Below the pieces are notes generated by a model. The model searched no databases. It was not told where the DNA came from and saw only the letters and a program-made list of their open reading frames with translations. From IMG/VR virus record IMGVR_UViG_3300034024_000020, positions 51,704-115,703 of that record: a stretch of 64,000 nucleotides of DNA. The stretch is one strand, 5' to 3'. Within the stretch, counting starts at the first letter, position 1, and each line of letters begins with the position of its first letter. This document shows, piece by piece, positions 59,150 to 64,000 of this stretch. A program made the position numbers and the translations under genes. This DNA comes from a virus.

Positions 59150-59293
59150 ATGGGCGCGTGGGAAAAGGGGCTTGAAGCCCACCTGAAAGGGAAGCGTAAA
59201 AATCCCTTTTCCCACGGCTCTGCCGACTGGCACGAATGGAGGCGAGGCTGGAAAGACAGGGACAGGATTGCTACGTTCCGCTTTTGTTCCTGA
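59150..59293 (+). CDS. Rmf/CrpP-fold miniprotein (47 aa, not in ORF track)
   Basis: AWEKGLEAHLKG..NPF..W.EWRRGW; GGAGG RBS. Confidence 0.65.
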   Translation: MGAWEKGLEAHLKGKRKNPFSHGSADWHEWRRGWKDRDRIATFRFCS

Positions 59294-59406
59294 GCGGGCG
59301 GAAGTCCGCCCCCGCCGCAGCGAGCCGCTACTCAGAGCATAGCAAATTTCAGGAACCGCTGTCAAGCAATCTTTTCTCTTGACTAAAACTATTTTGACCC
59401 TAGAAG
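59275..59406. promoter_or_regulatory. repeat cassette 1: LexA-type box + palindrome + divergent promoters
   Basis: GTTCCGCTTTTGTTC, GGGCGGAAGTCCGCCC, TGTCAA...TTGACT. Confidence 0.8.
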
Positions 59407-59412
59407 GGTAAT

Positions 59413-59646
59413 ATGACCGACGCAGAAAAGATCGCCGCTTTCCTCGCCTCCAAAGGCGCGACGAAGCTTCCCACGGGCGCTAGCAACAATGTCACTAGCG
59501 GGCAATGGTATAAAGCCAGCCAAGGGGTTGTTGACTTGCGCTCGAAATTGGCGCAAGGTCCCTTACCGGAGCCGAAGAAAAAGGCTTCGAAACCTGCCCG
59601 CAAGGGTGAGACTTTCTTTCATGACGCCTATAGGAGGGCAAACTAA
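59413..59646 (+). CDS. basic hypothetical protein, probably leaderless
   Basis: IAAFLASKG.TK; ATG 6 nt after the -10 box. Confidence 0.65.
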   Translation: MTDAEKIAAFLASKGATKLPTGASNNVTSGQWYKASQGVVDLRSKLAQGPLPEPKKKASKPARKGETFFHDAYRRAN

Positions 59647-59985
59647 ATGTTCGATGATTATTTCCCCTATATCGTAGCGGCCGCCCTTTTCATCATGGCG
59701 CTTGCGCTCTGGTACGGCTGGCGCGCTTGCAATCGCGTTCCGCGTGATCCGACGGTTTCGGAAAACGACGAGATTTACGCCGATGGCTTCGACGCGGGCT
59801 ATCAGGACGGCCATTCGGACGGCTATTTCGACGAGCCGCGCCGCCCCGATTATGCGGTCGGGGACGACGACAAGCCGACGCGCTATGCTCTCGGCTATCG
59901 CGAAGGCTATGCGGAAGGCTATGAGGCTGGACAAGCCGAAGGCGACCGCGACGAGGAAGCGGGAGGGCTCGATGAAAGAGTGTGA
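59647..59985 (+). CDS. membrane-anchored protein with GY..GY repeats
   Basis: TM helix; YADGFDAGYQDG and GYREGYAEGYEAG. Confidence 0.7.
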   Translation: MFDDYFPYIVAAALFIMALALWYGWRACNRVPRDPTVSENDEIYADGFDAGYQDGHSDGYFDEPRRPDYAVGDDDKPTRYALGYREGYAEGYEAGQAEGDRDEEAGGLDERV

Positions 59986-60082
59986 GCCGAGCGACGATTT
60001 CTTCTATGAACCCACCTGTCATTGGTGTGGCGAGCCAGAAGACGATTGTGCTTGCGACAATGAGGAAGAGCCATTCCTCTAG
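59972..60082 (+). CDS. acidic Cys-rich miniprotein (36 aa)
   Basis: GGGAGG RBS; CHWCGEPEDDCAC. Confidence 0.55.
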   Translation: MKECEPSDDFFYEPTCHWCGEPEDDCACDNEEEPFL

Positions 60083-60093
60083 GAAACCCGGCC

Positions 60094-60234
60094 GTTCTGG
60101 ATTTGTTCCAGGGCGGTCGGAATTCCGACCCCGAATTTTTGGCCCCACTCCTCTAAGAACATAATAGCAGATGCCACCACCCTGTCAAGCAATCTTTTCT
60201 CTTGCGTTGCAAATAATTTTGCCCTACCTAGAAC
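60094..60234. promoter_or_regulatory. repeat cassette 2
   Basis: GTTCTGGATTTGTTC, GGTCGGAATTCCGACC, minus TTGACA-16-TATTAT, plus TTGCAA-16-TAGAAC. Confidence 0.82.
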
Positions 60235-60254
60235 GGGAAGCTAGAGGAGATTTT

Positions 60255-60791
60255 ATGACCTACGTTGTTTTCGATCTCGACGGAACCGTGATCGACAGTT
60301 CCCACCGCCACCTTGCGAAGCCTGACGGCTCCGTAGACTTGGAACACTGGTTCGACAACGCCACGCCGGAAAAAATCGCCCTCGACGGATTGCTTCCGCT
60401 TGCGGACTCCATGCGCGCAATCCACCGGGCCGGTCATCGGGTCATTATCTGCACGTCCCGCTCGTTTCAGCCCGCCGACCTGAAATTTTTGGAGGATAAT
60501 GACCTCCCCTATCACCACCTTTTCAGCCGTCCCGGCTTTTTCGTCGGGCGCGACGATCCGCGCTATGCCGATAGCTATTTCGGCTTCATCGGGGATGCGC
60601 GTTCCGACGAACTAATCAAGGCGGAACAGCTTGCCGAATTTTTCCGTTCGGAAGGCTTCGAAAGCATTGCGGATGCTCCTGCTATCATGTATGATGACAA
60701 TCTGAAGGTCATTCGCAAGATGAACGAAATCGGCCTTCCCTGTCTCAATGCGGTCAACGTGAACGCGCAAATTTTAAGGAACGCGGCATAA
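60255..60791 (+). CDS. HAD-family phosphatase (PNKP-like; possible analogue of T5 Dmp)
   Basis: FDLDGT, ICTSR, K, MYDD. Confidence 0.88.
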   Translation: MTYVVFDLDGTVIDSSHRHLAKPDGSVDLEHWFDNATPEKIALDGLLPLADSMRAIHRAGHRVIICTSRSFQPADLKFLEDNDLPYHHLFSRPGFFVGRDDPRYADSYFGFIGDARSDELIKAEQLAEFFRSEGFESIADAPAIMYDDNLKVIRKMNEIGLPCLNAVNVNAQILRNAA

Positions 60792-60910
60792 TGGCGAATA
60801 TCGACAAAATCCCGAACCCGGAGCATACGGCTCTAGCAGTCGCGGCAATTCGTCTTCGAAAGGTTCGGGAGGAAGCGGATTTCATCGACAGACAATTCGA
60901 AAGGAAATAG
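60791..60910 (+). CDS. small hypothetical protein (39 aa)
   Basis: TAATG coupling; AGGA RBS. Confidence 0.5.
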   Translation: MANIDKIPNPEHTALAVAAIRLRKVREEADFIDRQFERK

Positions 60911-60911
60911 A

Positions 60912-61184
60912 ATGAGAAAAATCAGATACAAACTCGATATCGGCTATGCCGGTTGTGGCGACGAGGGAACGGAAACGGTCCCCGACGATATGACCGATGC
61001 CGATATTGACGCTATGGTTCAGGACATGGCGCAAGAACACGCCGCAAGCTGGGAAGGCGATAATCGTCTCTGCTGGGATGAGGATATGTCCGAGGAGGAC
61101 TATCAAGACGCCACGGAACATTTTTACGAAGGCGTTTGCGGCTCGTGGTCTTTTGTCCTTGACGGCGACGAAGACGAGGACTAG
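60912..61184 (+). CDS. highly acidic protein
   Basis: AAGGA RBS; D/E-dominated sequence. Confidence 0.7.
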   Translation: MRKIRYKLDIGYAGCGDEGTETVPDDMTDADIDAMVQDMAQEHAASWEGDNRLCWDEDMSEEDYQDATEHFYEGVCGSWSFVLDGDEDED

Positions 61185-61196
61185 GATAAACCGACC

Positions 61197-61331
61197 GTTC
61201 TGGATTTGTTCCCGGGCGGTCGGAATTCCGACCGCGTTTTCTCAAAACGCACCCCTGCTAAATATAACAGGTGAAAAATCTTTGTCAAGCCCATCTTTTC
61301 TGTTGCAAACATTTTTTACCTAGCCTAGAAC
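61197..61331. promoter_or_regulatory. repeat cassette 3
   Basis: GTTCTGGATTTGTTC, 20-bp palindrome GCGGTCGGAATTCCGACCGC, divergent promoters. Confidence 0.82.
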
Positions 61332-61386
61332 AATCTCACGGCGGCGGGACGGTCCCAAAGCTGACAACCGACAAGGATGATTTCAG

Positions 61387-61638
61387 ATGCGACGTTCAAT
61401 TTTGGGGCTGTGTGCCCTTGCCCTTCCGCTCGCAGCCCTCGGCGCGTGCAACATTCCCGATCCGCGACCGGCGCAGCAAGCCGAATGCGACAATCTCGGC
61501 GGCACCTACCGGGCCGATCCGGAGGGCGCTCGCGAGGACGAGTGCACGGTGACGGCGCGCAATGGCGTTCCCTTCACCATCGAATACGACGACGTTCATA
61601 CCGCTTCGGGCGCTCCGGCGACCGGCGGCGACGACTAA
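61387..61638 (+). CDS. lipoprotein (superinfection-exclusion candidate)
   Basis: MRR + hydrophobic core + LGA-C lipobox. Confidence 0.8.
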   Translation: MRRSILGLCALALPLAALGACNIPDPRPAQQAECDNLGGTYRADPEGAREDECTVTARNGVPFTIEYDDVHTASGAPATGGDD

Positions 61639-61639
61639 G

Positions 61640-61955
61640 ATTTTAGGGCCGACCGTTCCCAAGTCGGCTAAAACGCGAGTGATCGCTACCGGCCCTAAAT
61701 CGCTTCCGATGCTATCTCAATTTAGCAAGTCGAGACTAAAATAACCTGCCTAGCAAGCGGCTCTCGCAGGGGACCTCGAAAAATGTCCTGCCGCAAAGGG
61801 ACAAGGGAGACTTGGAAACTCCCCGGAAGCAAAATGAAAAGGTGACGGTACAAGCCCGTTAATCCGCGACCGTGCGGAGCCACCTTTTCCCTATTGACTG
61901 TCAAGCCGATAATGGGTAGCCTAGGGAGGCAGTCACGGTTCCGGTCGTCCTAGGT
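61640..61955 (+). ncRNA. candidate structured non-coding RNA
   Basis: No credible ORF; multiple perfect helices, a 3-way junction and a GNRA loop. Confidence 0.5.
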
Positions 61956-61961
61956 TGGGGC

Positions 61962-62078
61962 GGCCGGAATTCCGGCCCCGCCCGCAACGGTCGGTTTCCT
62001 CTAAGACCATAATAGCAGGTTCGGCAAGCCTGTCAAGCAAACATTTCGCTTGCAAGCAAATTATTTTTCCTCTAACAA
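61962..62078. promoter_or_regulatory. repeat cassette 4 (no intact LexA-type box)
   Basis: GGCCGGAATTCCGGCC, minus TTGACA-16-TATTAT, plus TTGCAA. Confidence 0.78.
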
Positions 62079-62128
62079 GGTTCTACCGGGATGGCCCGGC
62101 GACCGTAAACGAAAGGATGAAGGTCAAG

Positions 62129-62284
62129 ATGGCGATTAACAAAAGACGAGCGGAGCGCATGGCGCGACGCAGCGACGCGGAATTGGTCCGCTTCGTTCAT
62201 GCCAAAACGCTTTCCAGCGCGGCGGCCTATTACGCACTCGAAAAGCGGGGCAAGCTGTCCCTGCTCGCGAAGGAGGTGCGCTAG
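62129..62284 (+). CDS. small basic protein (51 aa)
   Basis: AAGGA RBS; start MAINK. Confidence 0.6.
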   Translation: MAINKRRAERMARRSDAELVRFVHAKTLSSAAAYYALEKRGKLSLLAKEVR

Positions 62285-62460
62285 TGAACGCTCGCGCCAC
62301 CCGTCGCCGCGAAGGGGCGCTTGCTCGCCTTCGCACTCAGCTTCAATCGGGCACTCGCCCCTCTCAGGTTCCCGGCCTGAAAGGTTGCCGGGTAGACTTG
62401 ACGGAAGCCGATGTTTCCCGTATCAAGGCGGAAATCGCCACCCTCGAACGGAGGATTTAA
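62284..62460 (+). CDS. small basic protein (58 aa, not in ORF track)
   Basis: AGGAGG RBS; GTG overlapping TAG; MNARATRRREG.. Confidence 0.65.
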   Translation: MNARATRRREGALARLRTQLQSGTRPSQVPGLKGCRVDLTEADVSRIKAEIATLERRI

Positions 62461-62461
62461 T

Positions 62462-62596
62462 ATGCGTATCGTAGTCGGACGCGGTAACAACCGCCACGTT
62501 TTCGACGTTCCTCCCCGCAAGGATAAGGTGGCGCTGGAACGCGTTGCCGAGGACGTCAAGGCTTTTCTTTTTCGCCCCGCCCTGCTAGGGCGCTAG
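62462..62596 (+). CDS. small hypothetical protein (44 aa)
   Basis: GGAGG RBS; start MRIVV. Confidence 0.6.
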   Translation: MRIVVGRGNNRHVFDVPPRKDKVALERVAEDVKAFLFRPALLGR

Positions 62597-62682
62597 GGTT
62601 CGGCGGACGGAAAATCCTCTTTCCCAATTCCCCTTTAACCTTAGTAAGAACGACGGGGATACGCTGGAATTGCAGGATTTTG

Positions 62683-62719
62683 GAGCGGGTGGGGCTGGCA
62701 AGTCTCACCCGCTCTTTTT
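62683..62719 (+). terminator. intrinsic terminator
   Basis: GAGCGGGTG/CACCCGCTC stem followed by TTTTT. Confidence 0.8.
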
Positions 62720-62732
62720 ATTAGGAGGATTT

Positions 62733-62903
62733 ATGGAACCGAAATTCAAATATGCCTATAAGACGCAGGGTTCCGAAGGCTGGGAACAAATTGCGTTTGA
62801 AATGAGCGATGGAAGCACGATTTTCATTGACTTATGGCAGGGACGCTTTAGAGATAGCTTTTGGATGGACACAGAAGGAAAAATCCATGCTTCGACAAGT
62901 TGA
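62733..62903 (+). CDS. hypothetical protein
   Basis: AGGAGG RBS; start MEPKF. Confidence 0.65.
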   Translation: MEPKFKYAYKTQGSEGWEQIAFEMSDGSTIFIDLWQGRFRDSFWMDTEGKIHASTS

Positions 62904-63177
62904 AATTTCAGACCGGACCCGCAAGGCGGGCGAAGTCGGGGGTTATCTAGGGATGGTCCTAATTCATGGCGCTACGCTTCCGGTTACGGTCGGAAATATC
63001 ATGGGCTGGACTGACAAACTCCCGCCGCTTTCGATGGTCCTGCTAGTCTGGCTTGGCCTCATTCTCTTTTTCATCCGGGCGCTTGTGCGCTTCGATTGGC
63101 TTTATCTGATTAGCAACGGAATTGGTTTCACGTTCAATTCCATCCTGCTAATCATTATCGTGCTTTACGGGAGTTAA
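62887..63177 (+). CDS. 3-TM SemiSWEET/PQ-loop-like membrane protein
   Basis: Three TM helices; ATLP in TM1 and LISN in TM3. Confidence 0.6.
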   Translation: MLRQVEISDRTRKAGEVGGYLGMVLIHGATLPVTVGNIMGWTDKLPPLSMVLLVWLGLILFFIRALVRFDWLYLISNGIGFTFNSILLIIIVLYGS

Positions 63178-63181
63178 GGCG

Positions 63182-63424
63182 ATGGAGGATGACCGCTATG
63201 AAATCACCTATGAAGGCGGCTTTATGGCCGCCTTCAATAATAACGGCGAAACCCGTTATTATATCGAAAAGAAACTAAACGAGGGCGGTTTCTTTCCCGA
63301 AGATTTTGCCGTAACGAAAAACGGCGACCCTCTCACCGTAGAAGCGCGCTACAGCGTAAGCATCGGGGGGGCAGTAAATGAGAACGCTTTATCACGCTTA
63401 CACGGAGGAACATGGCGAATGTGA
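63182..63424 (+). CDS. hypothetical protein
   Basis: GGAG RBS. Confidence 0.55.
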   Translation: MEDDRYEITYEGGFMAAFNNNGETRYYIEKKLNEGGFFPEDFAVTKNGDPLTVEARYSVSIGGAVNENALSRLHGGTWRM

Positions 63425-63596
63425 AGCCATGTTCTCCGAAACCGGCGAATTGCTAGGCATTTGGTCCTGCAATGACGCCACTTGGCGGAACGAATACTTT
63501 TCAGACTTTATGGAGGCTCTAGGCTTCAAGGTCGAAAACGCTTCGCCGGAATTGGTTGACAAACTCATTGCAACCGCTAAAGAATACTGGGGCTAG
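63378..63596 (+). CDS. hypothetical acidic protein
   Basis: G-rich RBS; within operon. Confidence 0.6.
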   Translation: MRTLYHAYTEEHGECEAMFSETGELLGIWSCNDATWRNEYFSDFMEALGFKVENASPELVDKLIATAKEYWG

Positions 63597-63610
63597 GAAA
63601 GGAACCCAAA

Positions 63611-63832
63611 ATGCAACTTGCTAATTTCACCCCGGAAGAGCAGAAGCTGGCACTTTCGGAAATTCGCCGGAACCTCGACGAAGCCGAACGGATTTTCGAG
63701 GGGAACGATTATCACGCCACGGATGCAGAGCGGATGACGCGGCTTCACTTTCACTTGAACGAGGGGAGCCGTCAGCTTTCGCGGATCAAGGTCGCGGCTC
63801 GCCGTCAGCTTTGGTACGCGCAGCAACGCTAA
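63611..63832 (+). CDS. hypothetical helical protein
   Basis: AAAGGA RBS. Confidence 0.6.
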   Translation: MQLANFTPEEQKLALSEIRRNLDEAERIFEGNDYHATDAERMTRLHFHLNEGSRQLSRIKVAARRQLWYAQQR

Positions 63833-63843
63833 GGTTTCTGGCC

Positions 63844-63990
63844 GTTCCGGTTTTGTTCCGGGGCGGCCGGAAGTCCGGCCCCGCCGCCGCAGGCCGGGCC
63901 TCCCTAGAACTTAAATAGCACCACCTAATAACGCTGTCAAGCGAAAAGATTGCTTGACATAACTTTTTTCACCTAAGCAGAATATAGCAC
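63844..63990. promoter_or_regulatory. repeat cassette 5
   Basis: GTTCCGGTTTTGTTC, GGCCGGAAGTCCGGCC, TGTCAA...TTGACA. Confidence 0.8.
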
Positions 63991-64000
63991 CTAGCGCCCG

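Larger units (their letters stand above)
1..64000. mobile_element. Segment of a T5-like (Demerecviridae-related) lytic phage genome
   Basis: T5-type synteny of replication genes (+) converging on the late morphogenesis arm (-), followed by a small-gene region; no integrase or host housekeeping genes. Confidence 0.93.

Noticed and set aside
61938-61952. Fifth LexA-type box before palindrome 4
   Set aside because: Only one GTTC half-site, and the spacing is wrong
61640-61955. tRNA, tmRNA or RNase P identity for the structured region
   Set aside because: No T-loop/CCA cloverleaf, tag reading frame or GAGGAAAGUCC signature seen
56943-63826. Minus-strand ORFs in the GC-rich region
   Set aside because: They overlap well-supported + genes and lack RBSs; expected in GC-rich DNA
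59275-63880. CRISPR array interpretation of the palindromic repeats
   Set aside because: Copies are 0.7-1.9 kb apart, separated by genes, with no cas genes

Overview
The whole window is a segment of a lytic T5-like (Demerecviridae-related) siphophage genome, probably infecting an alphaproteobacterium. 1-23.1 kb (+) is the replication arm in T5 order: D3, split NAD ligase, D5, D6 helicase, primase, family A polymerase, D10-D15. Accessory insertions in this arm are an RlmN-like radical SAM enzyme, MazG, thioredoxin, two 2OG-Fe(II) oxygenases, PhoH, two GIY-YIG endonucleases and a class II ribonucleotide reductase. 23.1-56.7 kb (-) is the late arm: TerS, TerL, extra fibre genes, nicking endonuclease, portal, protease-capsid fusion, tail genes, a fibre with a C-terminal Hint domain, and a GH19 lysis cassette. 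56.8-64 kb (+) is a GC-richer region of small genes, probably the pre-early/terminal-repeat region. The most striking unexplained structure is in that last region. A composite intergenic cassette recurs there: an alphaproteobacterial LexA-type box (GTTC-N7-GTTC), exactly 6 nt, a 16-bp palindrome, then back-to-back promoters, one of which faces no ORF. The region also has two structured non-coding segments and several unannotated miniproteins, including an Rmf/CrpP-like one. A +1 UUU_CGU frameshift is predicted in the tail chaperone. All assignments come from reading motifs by eye; no searches were run.
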